This document shows, one piece after another, positions 19,381 to 28,322 of a DNA stretch of 64,000 nt (positions within the stretch are counted from its first letter, which is position 1; every line of letters starts with the position of its first letter). The stretch is from the NCBI GenBank assembly GCA_963781885.1, contig CAWAHW010000002.1, forward strand, positions 928,001 through 992,000, written 5' to 3'. Source of the DNA: an uncultured Spirochaetota bacterium (lineage in GTDB: Bacteria; Spirochaetota; Spirochaetia; SZUA-6; Fen-1364). The notes under the pieces are model-generated. The model had not been told where the DNA came from. It worked only from the letters and a program-made list of their open reading frames with translations, and did no database searches. A program made the position numbers and the translations under genes.

Positions 19381-20760
19381 GTGAAGAGGCTCATCTACAG
19401 GGATTTCCTCGGCCATTTCGATGCAAAGGGGCGGCTCGCCTGCGCGTGCGGCAGCATCCACAACCTCCAGACCCGATCCGTCCTCGTCTCCGGGGATGCG
19501 CTGGAAGAATCGACGCAGCTGCTGGCGGAGAGCAAGGGCAGCGGTGTCCGGCTCTGGGTATTGAGCGACACGAATACAGAGGCTGCCGCAGGGGCGCGAT
19601 TCAAGAGCGTCGTGCGCGCGGCGCGGGTCGTGTCGCGCGTCCTGCAGGGCACGCCTCGCGTGCGTCCCACGGAGGAGCTCGCCCAGGAGCTCGCGCGGGA
19701 GGTGGGCGGCGCATCCGTTGACCTCATCGTCGCGGTGGGCAGCGGCGTCATTTCCGACCTTGGCAAGCGCGTTTCGCTCCTGTCGGGTGTGCCCAACTGG
19801 TGCGTGGCCACGGCTCCCTCGGTGGACGCGTATGGTTCGGCGACGGCGGCGATCGACGTCAGCGGCTACCACGGCGCCGTGCCCTGCCGCGTCTCGGAAG
19901 TGATCGTTGCCGACCTGGACGTGATAGGCCGCGCCCCGCGCGTGATGTTCCAGGCCGGCCTGGGCGACCTGCTGGCGAAGTTCATCGCACACATGGACTG
20001 GAACCTCGCGGCCGTGATGACCGGGGAGGCCTACTGTTCCCTGGCGGCCGACACCGCGCTGGAGTCGGCGCGTGCGGCGCTCGATGCCGCCCGCAGGCTC
20101 GACGATGAGCCGGCGGAGGCCACGCGTACGCTCATGGATGCCGGGCTGAGCTCATCGTTTGCGATGCAGGCAACTGCCGGGTCGCGTCCGGCTGCCTCGG
20201 CGGAGCACACCCTCGCGCACTTCTGGGAAACGGCGCATTCGTCGGGTCGGGAAGACCTGGATCTGCACGGCATCCTCGTCGGGACGGCGAGCCGCATTGT
20301 TCTGCCCCTCTACGAATCGTTCTACAAAAGGCTGGAAGGATTCACGCCCGATGTGCCGCGGCGGCTCGCGAGCTACGACGCGGAGCCTTCATGGCGGGAA
20401 GGCCTGGCGAACGGCCTCCGTCCCTTTCTCTCGAAGATCGAAGAGGAGATGTCACGGCGCGTCTTCGACAAGGCCGTGCTTGCCGGGCGGCTTTCGACCT
20501 TCGTCGAAAAGAGACGGTCGATCATCCAGAAGGGACAGGAAATGCTCGGGGAGCTGGCTTCCTCGGTGAAGGTGCTGGAAAAGATCGGATGCCCTTTCAC
20601 GGTGAAAGATCTCGCCATACGCCGGGAGAACGTCCTCCTGCCGCTGCGGAGCATCCGTCTTCTGCGCCGGCGCTATTCGAGCTTCGACCTCGCCTATGAG
20701 CTGGGCATCGAAGAGTCCATCGTACGGGAGGCCGAAGGCAATCCTGCCCTGGGTGAATGA
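19381..20760 (+). CDS. sn-glycerol-1-phosphate dehydrogenase-like (AraM/EgsA family)
   Basis: CACGSIH N-terminus, GSGVISDLGK, TAPSVDAYGS, GLGDLLAK, SRPAASAEHTLAH, LHG. Confidence 0.8.
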   Translation: MKRLIYRDFLGHFDAKGRLACACGSIHNLQTRSVLVSGDALEESTQLLAESKGSGVRLWVLSDTNTEAAAGARFKSVVRAARVVSRVLQGTPRVRPTEELAQELAREVGGASVDLIVAVGSGVISDLGKRVSLLSGVPNWCVATAPSVDAYGSATAAIDVSGYHGAVPCRVSEVIVADLDVIGRAPRVMFQAGLGDLLAKFIAHMDWNLAAVMTGEAYCSLAADTALESARAALDAARRLDDEPAEATRTLMDAGLSSSFAMQATAGSRPAASAEHTLAHFWETAHSSGREDLDLHGILVGTASRIVLPLYESFYKRLEGFTPDVPRRLASYDAEPSWREGLANGLRPFLSKIEEEMSRRVFDKAVLAGRLSTFVEKRRSIIQKGQEMLGELASSVKVLEKIGCPFTVKDLAIRRENVLLPLRSIRLLRRRYSSFDLAYELGIEESIVREAEGNPALGE

Positions 20761-21216
20761 TCAGATCTGGAAGTCCTGGCCTGCTTCCAGGTGAGCGAAT
20801 ATCTTCTTGCCGTTTTTTTCCATGATGTCCTTGAGCGTGACATTCGTGAGGTAGTCTTCCATCGTCTTCTGCAGCCCGGTCCAGATGTCATGCGCGGGGC
20901 AGGGCTCGGGCCTGTCGCAAAGGGTCTTCCGCCGGAGCGTGCAGGGCGTGAGGCCGTGCGTCTCCCCGACGGCCTGAAGGATGTCGTGGACGGAGATCTC
21001 CGCGGGCTTGCGGTTCAGCACGAAACCCCCGCCGGGGCCTCGCACGGACCGGATCAGTCCCGCCTTCTTGAGCTTGAAGAAGATTTGCTCGAGAAACTCC
21101 GACGAAACCTTTTCCTCGCCGGCGATGGAGCCGATGGAGACAGGGCGATTGTGGTTGGTCATCGCCAAGTTGATGACTGCGCGAAGACCGTATCTGCCCT
21201 TGCTGGTGATTCTCAT
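20761..21216 (-). CDS. Rrf2 family transcriptional regulator (three Cys, IscR-like)
   Basis: MRITSKGRYGLRA, FLEQIF, SVRGPGGGF, PC..LC..PCPAH. Confidence 0.93.
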   Translation of the reverse strand: MRITSKGRYGLRAVINLAMTNHNRPVSIGSIAGEEKVSSEFLEQIFFKLKKAGLIRSVRGPGGGFVLNRKPAEISVHDILQAVGETHGLTPCTLRRKTLCDRPEPCPAHDIWTGLQKTMEDYLTNVTLKDIMEKNGKKIFAHLEAGQDFQI

Positions 21217-21239
21217 CCTTTTATCGACTCCGTATAGAT

Positions 21240-21268
21240 ATATTATTGCGCTTGTTAGATATTATCAA
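21240..21268 (-). promoter_or_regulatory. Sigma70-like promoter of the Rrf2 gene
   Basis: Minus strand TTGATA, 17 bp spacer, TAATAT in an AT-rich divergent region. Confidence 0.55.
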
Positions 21269-21298
21269 CTGGTAGCGCTCAATGGGCGGCGAAATCAC

Positions 21299-23437
21299 AT
21301 GAATATCGGCTCCCGACAATCGGCTTTCATCGTCCTGACCGCTCTGCTTTTCGTTCCGATCCAGGCTGAGGCCGCCTTTCCCGGCGCTCTACCGGTGAAT
21401 CCGGTGCAGGCGCGGCTCGTGCCGGAGGTTCTTTCGGTGAAAGCGGGCGCGCCTTTCACCGTCGCCCTCGAGCTTGAAATCAGACCCGGCTGGCACGTCT
21501 ACTGGGAGAACCCGGGCGATTCGGGTCTGCCGACAAAGCTGGAGTGGCAGCTCCCTCCCGGTTTCCGTGCCGGGCCCCTTTCGTGGCCCGTGCCGCAGAG
21601 ATTCGATTCCCCGGGCGCCGTCACCTTCGGCTATGCCGACAAGGTCCTCCTCCTCACGAAGATCACGCCGCCCGACACGCTCTCCACCGACGCACAGGTC
21701 GTCTTGAAAGCGCGCGCGGAATGGCTTGCCTGCCAGGTGGAATGCACGCCGGGCGCGGCATCTCTTGAGACGAGCCTGCCGGTGACGGTTGGAAATCCAT
21801 TGCCTGATCCGGCGTGGACACATCGTTTCGAGGCTGCCCGGGCGTCCATCCCTGTTTCCGCGCCCGGCTCGAGCTTCCATGCAACGGTCGCGGCCGGCCG
21901 ACTGGACCTGCATGCCGAAGGCCTCGTGTTGCCCGCCGACGCCCAGGCGTCTTTCTATCCCGAAGATCCGGGCGTCCTTTCTATGTCGACCCCGCAGCCC
22001 CTGTCGCGCGTTTCCTCGGGTTTCGATCTTCGGCTTCTTCAAGACGTCGGCGCGCAGACCCCGGACCGGTTGCGGGGCGTGCTTGTTGTCACCGCGCCAG
22101 GGCAGGCCAGCCCTCGGGGCGTCCTGGTCGATGCGCAGGTGACGCCCTCGTCTGCATCGGCCGCGGGCTTTCCCGGTCTGCCCGGGTTCCTGCTGGCGCT
22201 CCTTTTTGCGTTTGTCGGCGGGGTGATCCTGAACCTCATGCCGTGCGTGCTGCCGGTCATCTCCCTGAAAGTGCTCTCACTGGTCCGGCAGTCGCAAGAA
22301 GAGGGCAGGAGGGCGCCTGTCCACGGAATGCTCTTCGCAGGGGGCGTGCTCCTTTCATTCTGGGTCATGGCTGCGCTTCTTGCAGGGGCGCGGGCCGCGG
22401 GCAGGCTGCTTGGCTGGGGATTCCAGCTTCAGAGCTCCGCGGTCGTGGTGGCGGCCGCGGCGCTTTTTTTCCTCATCGCGCTGAATCTCCTGGGCGTCTT
22501 CCAGCTCGGGATTTCTTTCACCCGTTTGGGCGGCCTGCTTCGCGGAAGGACAGGTGCAGCGGGATCCTTTCTGAGCGGGCTTTTCGCCGCGATCGTCGCC
22601 ACGCCGTGCACGGCGCCGTTCATGGGTGCCGCCCTTGGCTATGCGCTTTCCAGACCACTGCCCGTGGTTTTCGGTGTCTTCACCGCGCTGGGCATCGGTA
22701 TGGCTGCCCCGTACCTGATTCTGGCGGCGGCGCCCCGGCTGGCCGCGGGGCTGCCGAAGCCGGGACCGTGGATGGAAACGCTCCGCCAGGTCATGGGCTT
22801 CCCCATGCTCGCCGCCGTGATCTGGATGCTCTTCGTTCTCTCAGGGCTTGCGGGCGGCACCGCAGTGATCGCGCTTCTTGCAGCGCTCCTTGCCGCGGGC
22901 ATCGGCGCGTGGGCGTGGGGGCGCTGGGGCGGCATCGATCGATCCCGTCGCACGCGGCTGCTCGCGGGTGCGTGTGCGCTCGTGCTCGCGGTGGGCGGTC
23001 CGGTCGGCGCCGCCGAATACGGCCGCGCGCTCCAGGTTGCGCCGGAGGCCGGCCTCTCGCAGGCGCCGAGCCCGGCCGCCGCAGGGTGGGAGGCGTGGAG
23101 CCAGGATCGCGTGGACCAGCTCCGCCGGGACGGCGTTCCCATTTTCGTCGATTTCACCGCGCGCTGGTGCCTGAGCTGTCAGGTGAATGAAAGGGTCGCG
23201 CTGGCCAATGATGCCGTCATGAAGCGCTTTGCCGCGCTGGGAGTTCACCTGCTGCGCGCGGACTGGACCGCGGGAAGCGACTTGATCGCCGCCGGGCTGT
23301 CGTCATTCGGCCGCGCGAGTGTTCCACTCTACGTCTACTACCCGTCCCATGCCGACGAGCCCGTGCTCCTGCCCGAGCTCCTGACGCCCGGGATCGTGTT
23401 GAGCGCGCTGGATCGACAGGTCCGAACCTCGGACTGA
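21299..23437 (+). CDS. dsbD: Protein-disulfide reductase DsbD/ScsB family
   Basis: Signal peptide, GWHVYWENPGDSG, CQVEC, LNLMPCVLP, ATPCTAPF, thioredoxin motif WCLSC. Confidence 0.92.
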   Translation: MNIGSRQSAFIVLTALLFVPIQAEAAFPGALPVNPVQARLVPEVLSVKAGAPFTVALELEIRPGWHVYWENPGDSGLPTKLEWQLPPGFRAGPLSWPVPQRFDSPGAVTFGYADKVLLLTKITPPDTLSTDAQVVLKARAEWLACQVECTPGAASLETSLPVTVGNPLPDPAWTHRFEAARASIPVSAPGSSFHATVAAGRLDLHAEGLVLPADAQASFYPEDPGVLSMSTPQPLSRVSSGFDLRLLQDVGAQTPDRLRGVLVVTAPGQASPRGVLVDAQVTPSSASAAGFPGLPGFLLALLFAFVGGVILNLMPCVLPVISLKVLSLVRQSQEEGRRAPVHGMLFAGGVLLSFWVMAALLAGARAAGRLLGWGFQLQSSAVVVAAAALFFLIALNLLGVFQLGISFTRLGGLLRGRTGAAGSFLSGLFAAIVATPCTAPFMGAALGYALSRPLPVVFGVFTALGIGMAAPYLILAAAPRLAAGLPKPGPWMETLRQVMGFPMLAAVIWMLFVLSGLAGGTAVIALLAALLAAGIGAWAWGRWGGIDRSRRTRLLAGACALVLAVGGPVGAAEYGRALQVAPEAGLSQAPSPAAAGWEAWSQDRVDQLRRDGVPIFVDFTARWCLSCQVNERVALANDAVMKRFAALGVHLLRADWTAGSDLIAAGLSSFGRASVPLYVYYPSHADEPVLLPELLTPGIVLSALDRQVRTSD

Positions 23438-23506
23438 TCGAGAGCGCCGGCCCACGCACGCGCGCCTTCGACGCGCTCGGAAATGCCACGGAATACCGTG
23501 ACTGGA

Positions 23507-23535
23507 TTGACCCTCCCCATGGGCGCAACTATAAT
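23507..23535 (+). promoter_or_regulatory. Sigma70 promoter of the gltX-glyQS-tyrS operon
   Basis: TTGACC, 17 bp spacer, TATAAT. Confidence 0.75.
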
Positions 23536-23615
23536 CGTTCAACACTTTTCGCAAAATGCCACGAAATGCACGGGGTACCGTGCATGATACCGTGGCCGAT
23601 TCGGGAGGCTCACCC

Positions 23616-25100
23616 GTGGGCGTTCGCGTGCGATACCCGCCGTCACCGACGGGCTTCCAGCACATCGGGAGCGTGCGAACCGCGCTGTACAACTACCTCT
23701 ATTCGCGCCGCACGGGCGGCACGTTCGTGCTGCGCATCGAGGACACCGACCGCAAGCGCTTCGTGCCGGAGGCGCTCCAGGACATCTACGACACGTTCGC
23801 CTGGCTGGGCTTCCATTGGGATGAAGGTCCGGACCTCGGCGGCCCCCATGCGCCGTACTTCCAGTCGGAGCGCACCGAGACGTATCGGAAGTACGCCGAC
23901 GACCTGCTCGCCCGCGGCCTTGCCTACCGCTGCTTCTGCACGGCCGAGCGCCTGGACGCCCTGCGCGCGCAGCAGGAGGCGGCAAAGACGGGTGCGCCCG
24001 GGGACCAATCCACCCAGGGGTACGACCGTCACTGCCGCAATCTTTCGGAATCCGAGCTGCGCGCGGCGGAGGCATCAGGTGCGCCCTCCGTGGTGCGGCT
24101 GAAGATCCCTCTGGAGGGGAGCACGACCTATCGCGACATCCTGCTCGGCGAGATCACGGTGGAGAACAGGACGATCAATCCGGACCCCGTGCTCATCAAG
24201 AGCGACGGCTTTCCCACCTACCATATGGCAAATGTCGTGGACGATCACCTCATGGAGGTGAGCCACATCATGCGCGGCCAGGAGTGGCTGCCGTCGGTCC
24301 CGGTGCACCTCATCCTCTACAAGGCATTCGGATGGGAGCCGCCGGTGTTCTGTCATCTGCCGATGGTCATGGGCAAGGACGGGCACAAGCTGTCCAAGCG
24401 ACTGGGCTCCACCAGCGTGCGGGACTTCCGCAGCCAGGGGTACCTCCCGGATGCGCTCCTGAACTGCATCGCGATGGTGGGATGGTCGTACGACGATTCA
24501 CGGGAGCTCTTCAGCCTCAAGGACTTGGAGGAGCTCTTCGACATCTCGCGGCTCACGAAGTCCCCCGGGGTGTTCGACTACCAGAAGCTGGAGTGGTTCA
24601 ACGGCATGTACATCCGCGCCAAGACCACAACGCAGCTCGCCGCGCTCATCAAGCCCTTCATGCAGCAGGCCGGGCTTCCGGCGGACGACATGACGATGCT
24701 CGAGGGAGTCGCCGGGCTGGTCCAGGAGCGCGTGAAAGTGCTCTCCGAGGTGCCGGCCATGGTGCGCTTCTTGTTCGAGGACCCGGCCGTTCCTCCCGCG
24801 GAGGAGCTGCTTGCAAAGAAGGTGGAGCCTGCCCGGGCGGCGGAAGCGATGAAGCGTTTAGTTGCCGTCCTGCCGGAGCTCTCCGGCAGTGACGAACAGG
24901 CGGAGGCGCGCCTGCGCGGGCTTGCCGACGAGCTGGGCATGAAGCTGGGCGACCTGCTCATGCCGTTGCGGGTCGCCGTCACCGGCTCCAAGGTGTCCCC
25001 GCCGCTCATCGCGAGCATCCGGGTGATGGGAATTGCGGCCGCGCGCAGGCGCGCCGAGAAGGCGCGTGTCGTGCTGGAAGAGTTCGCAGCAAGGAGTTGA
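23616..25100 (+). CDS. gltX: Glutamate--tRNA ligase
   Basis: PSPTG..HIGS, LRIEDTD, PTYH, RGQEW, KLSKR; GTG start preceded by GGAGG. Confidence 0.96.
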   Translation: MGVRVRYPPSPTGFQHIGSVRTALYNYLYSRRTGGTFVLRIEDTDRKRFVPEALQDIYDTFAWLGFHWDEGPDLGGPHAPYFQSERTETYRKYADDLLARGLAYRCFCTAERLDALRAQQEAAKTGAPGDQSTQGYDRHCRNLSESELRAAEASGAPSVVRLKIPLEGSTTYRDILLGEITVENRTINPDPVLIKSDGFPTYHMANVVDDHLMEVSHIMRGQEWLPSVPVHLILYKAFGWEPPVFCHLPMVMGKDGHKLSKRLGSTSVRDFRSQGYLPDALLNCIAMVGWSYDDSRELFSLKDLEELFDISRLTKSPGVFDYQKLEWFNGMYIRAKTTTQLAALIKPFMQQAGLPADDMTMLEGVAGLVQERVKVLSEVPAMVRFLFEDPAVPPAEELLAKKVEPARAAEAMKRLVAVLPELSGSDEQAEARLRGLADELGMKLGDLLMPLRVAVTGSKVSPPLIASIRVMGIAAARRRAEKARVVLEEFAARS

Positions 25101-25102
25101 GA

Positions 25103-26488
25103 ATGGCGGAGAATGAGAAGAAGGCGCCTGGCGCAGCAGCCGATGTCGTCGCGGAAGAGGTCACCATGGACAAGCTGGTGTCCCTCTGCAAGCGCCGGGG
25201 ATTCATATTCCCCTCCAGCGAGATCTACGGCGGTCTTGCCTCCGCCTGGGACTACGGCCCCATGGGCGTGGAGCTGAAGAAGAGGATCCAGGAGTTCTGG
25301 TGGCGCCAGATGACGCAGCTCAACAGCAACATCGTGGGGCTCGATGCCGCCATCATGATGCACCCGCGCGTCTGGGAGGCATCGGGTCACGTTGAAAACT
25401 TCACCGACCCGCTCATCGACTGCAAGACCTGCAAGCACCGCTTCCGCGCCGACCAGGTTCCCGAAGAAAACATGAAGACCCACAAGTGCCCGGACTGCGG
25501 CTCCGCCACTCTCACGGAGGCCCGCAAGTTCAATCTCATGTTCACGACGCACATGGGCCCCGTGGAGGACGACGGGGGCCTGATCTACCTGCGGCCTGAA
25601 ACGGCGCAGGGCATCTATGTGAATTTCAAGAACGTGCTGCAGACCGGCCGCGTGAAGGTTCCCTTCGGCATTGCGCAGGTGGGAAAGGCCTTCCGCAACG
25701 AGATCACGACGAAGAACTTCATCTTCCGCACGTGCGAGTTCGAGCAGATGGAGATGCAGTTCTTCGTGCATCCGTCGGAGGACATGAAGTGGTTCGAGCA
25801 CTGGAAGGAGCGCAGGCTCCAGTACTACCTGGACCTCGGCGTGCGCAAGAGCAAGCTGCGCTTCCACCAGCACGGACCCGACGAGCTGGCCCACTACGCA
25901 AAGCTCGCCTTCGACATCCAGTACGAGTTCCCCTTTGGCTGGAAGGAGCTGGAAGGCATCCATAACCGCACCGACTACGACCTGAAGCGCCATACCGAGT
26001 TCTCCGGCAAGGACCTCACGTACCTGGACGAGGTGAGCCACGAGCGCTACATCCCCTACATCATCGAGACGTCGGCGGGTCTCACGCGCACGGTCCTCGT
26101 CGTGCTGTCGGATGCGTACGACGAAGAAGTCGTGGAGGGGGAGAAGCGCGTCGTGCTGCATTTTCACCCGCGTATCGCGCCGATCACCGTCGGCATATTC
26201 CCGCTCGTGAAGAAGGACGGGCTTTCCGAGCTCGCGCGGAAGCTTGACGACGAGCTGTGTGAGGACTTCCGCACCTTCTATGACGAGAGCGGTGCGATCG
26301 GCCGGCGCTATCGCCGGCAGGACGAGGTGGGCACGCCTTTCTGCGTGACGCTGGACTACCAGACGAAGGAGGACCAGACGGTCACCATCCGCTACCGCGA
26401 CTCGATGGAGCAGGTGCGCGTGAAGATGGCCGACATTGCCGCAACGCTGAAGAAGGCGATCAAGGACTATCGGAGGGTCGGGGAATGA
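25103..26488 (+). CDS. glyQS: Glycine--tRNA ligase (alpha2 type)
   Basis: YLRPETAQG, GKAFRNEI, FEQME, GAIGRRYRRQDEVGTP. Confidence 0.96.
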   Translation: MAENEKKAPGAAADVVAEEVTMDKLVSLCKRRGFIFPSSEIYGGLASAWDYGPMGVELKKRIQEFWWRQMTQLNSNIVGLDAAIMMHPRVWEASGHVENFTDPLIDCKTCKHRFRADQVPEENMKTHKCPDCGSATLTEARKFNLMFTTHMGPVEDDGGLIYLRPETAQGIYVNFKNVLQTGRVKVPFGIAQVGKAFRNEITTKNFIFRTCEFEQMEMQFFVHPSEDMKWFEHWKERRLQYYLDLGVRKSKLRFHQHGPDELAHYAKLAFDIQYEFPFGWKELEGIHNRTDYDLKRHTEFSGKDLTYLDEVSHERYIPYIIETSAGLTRTVLVVLSDAYDEEVVEGEKRVVLHFHPRIAPITVGIFPLVKKDGLSELARKLDDELCEDFRTFYDESGAIGRRYRRQDEVGTPFCVTLDYQTKEDQTVTIRYRDSMEQVRVKMADIAATLKKAIKDYRRVGE

Positions 26489-27752
26489 GCGGCGAAATGC
26501 GCGGAGTGCCGCGCAGCTCGGTTTTCGACACGCTGAAGGAGCGGGGCTTCGTCAGCCAATGCTCCAACGAGGAGGGCCTGCGGAAGCTGCTGGACACCGA
26601 AAAGGTCACGTTTTACATCGGTTTCGATCCGACGGCGGAGAGCCTCCACATCGGACACCTCCAGCAGCTCATGTTCATGGCGCACCTCCAGAGGGCCGGT
26701 CACCGGCCCATCGCCCTGGTGGGAGGCGGAACAACGCGCATCGGGGACCCCACCGGCCGCACGGAGAGCCGCAAGATCCTGCCCGTCGAGACGATCGCCG
26801 CCAACTCTGCGCTCTTCCGCGCGCAGATCTCCCGGTTCCTCGATTTCGCGGAAGACCGCGCGCTCATGCTCGACAATGCGGAGTGGCTTGCGCCGCTGAA
26901 CTACATCGAGTTCCTCCGCGACATCGGGCGGCATTTCTCCGTGAACCGCATGCTCTCCTTCGAGACCTACAAGATGCGCATGGAGACGGGGCTCTCCTTC
27001 ATCGAGTTCAACTACCAGATCCTCCAGTCCTACGACTATCTCGTGCTCTACAGGAAGCACGGCTGCCGGCTCCAGATGGGCGGCGACGACCAGTGGGGCA
27101 ATATCGTGGCGGGAATGGACCTCATCCGCAGGGTGGAGGGCGTGGAGGCGTTCGCGCTGACGTCGCCGCTCATCACCCGGTCGGACGGCAAGAAGATGGG
27201 AAAGTCGGAAGGGGGGGCGCTCTACCTTGCCGCGAACCTCGTGAGCCCTTACGAGTTCTACCAGTTCTGGGTCAACATCCCCGACGCCGATCTCCCGCAG
27301 TTCTTCCTGCGCTTCACGTTCCTGCCGGTCGCCGAGGTGAAAGAGCTCTGCGCCGCGAAAGATTCGGGTATCAACGACGTGAAACGCAGGCTGGCGATGG
27401 AGATCACGACGCTCGTGCACGGCGCGGAGGCGGCCGCGAGCGCGGCAGGCGCCGCGCGCGCGGCATTCGAGACGGACGGCGCCGGCGGACCCGGCGACCT
27501 TTCCGGCGTTCCCACGGTGGACGTGCCCCGTGCCGAGCTTGAAAAGGGCATGAATGTCGTGGATCTTTTCGTGCGCTCCACGCTCTGCGCGTCGAAAAGC
27601 GACGCACGACGGCTCGTGAGCCAGGGCGGCGCCTATGTGGGCCGCACGAACGTGACCGACATTGAGGCACGCATCGGCATCGATGCGGCGGAAGGGGGGA
27701 GCATCCTCCTGCGGGCCGGAAAAAGAGGTATTATCGCATCAGGCTGACGTGA
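26485..27752 (+). CDS. tyrS: Tyrosine--tRNA ligase; C-terminal frameshift at the A-run 27720-27724
   Basis: GFDPTAESLHIGH, QMGGDDQWGN, KMGKS; adding one A restores the S4-like tail LRAGKKRYYRIRLT* ending at 27752. Confidence 0.95.
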
Positions 27753-27779
27753 GCGCAGAGGGCATCGAGGCGGGAGGCG

Positions 27780-28322
27780 ATGAAGAGGCTCCGGGAAACC
27801 GATCTCGGAAGATACGTGACGTCGATCGCGGGAACCGTGCACCCGGTGCGGGCGATATTCGAAATCTGCGGCACCACGCTCTTCGCCATTCCCTTCCTTG
27901 CCGCATTTGCCATGACGCGCTCCGCGCCGGTCTACCTCTACCTCGTCTATCCGCTGCTCTTTCTCGTGTCGCATTTCGTCTGGTTCCGCCTTCCCTCGGT
28001 TGACCGACGGGTACGCTGGCTGCTGTTCTGGCTGACGCTCACCGTCGTGGCCGCACTGGGCGCCGGCTACATGTTCTGGAGCTACAAGGAGGCGGCCGCC
28101 CGCGGCAGCAGCTTCCCGGCCCAGGGCATCTTCGCGATTCCCCACTGGGTGAGCCCGAACATCGACGTGCCTTTTCCCACGGCGGCCGCGTATTTCCTCG
28201 TGCCTTCGGGCGCCGGTGCGGCGGTCTACTGCCTCGTCCTCTCTCTCTTCCTGCGCATCTACGGCAGGTTCCGCGCGGAGGAGCATCGCCGACGCACTCC
28301 TTTGGACAGGCCGAAGCAGTGA
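27780..28322 (+). CDS. Hypothetical membrane protein (~4 TM)
   Basis: GGAGG SD, hydrophobic helices, stop overlaps the lnt start. Confidence 0.7.
   Translation: MKRLRETDLGRYVTSIAGTVHPVRAIFEICGTTLFAIPFLAAFAMTRSAPVYLYLVYPLLFLVSHFVWFRLPSVDRRVRWLLFWLTLTVVAALGAGYMFWSYKEAAARGSSFPAQGIFAIPHWVSPNIDVPFPTAAAYFLVPSGAGAAVYCLVLSLFLRIYGRFRAEEHRRRTPLDRPKQ

Noticed and set aside
23536-23615. T-box riboswitch before the synthetase operon
   Set aside because: Too short, and it has no T-box consensus or terminator
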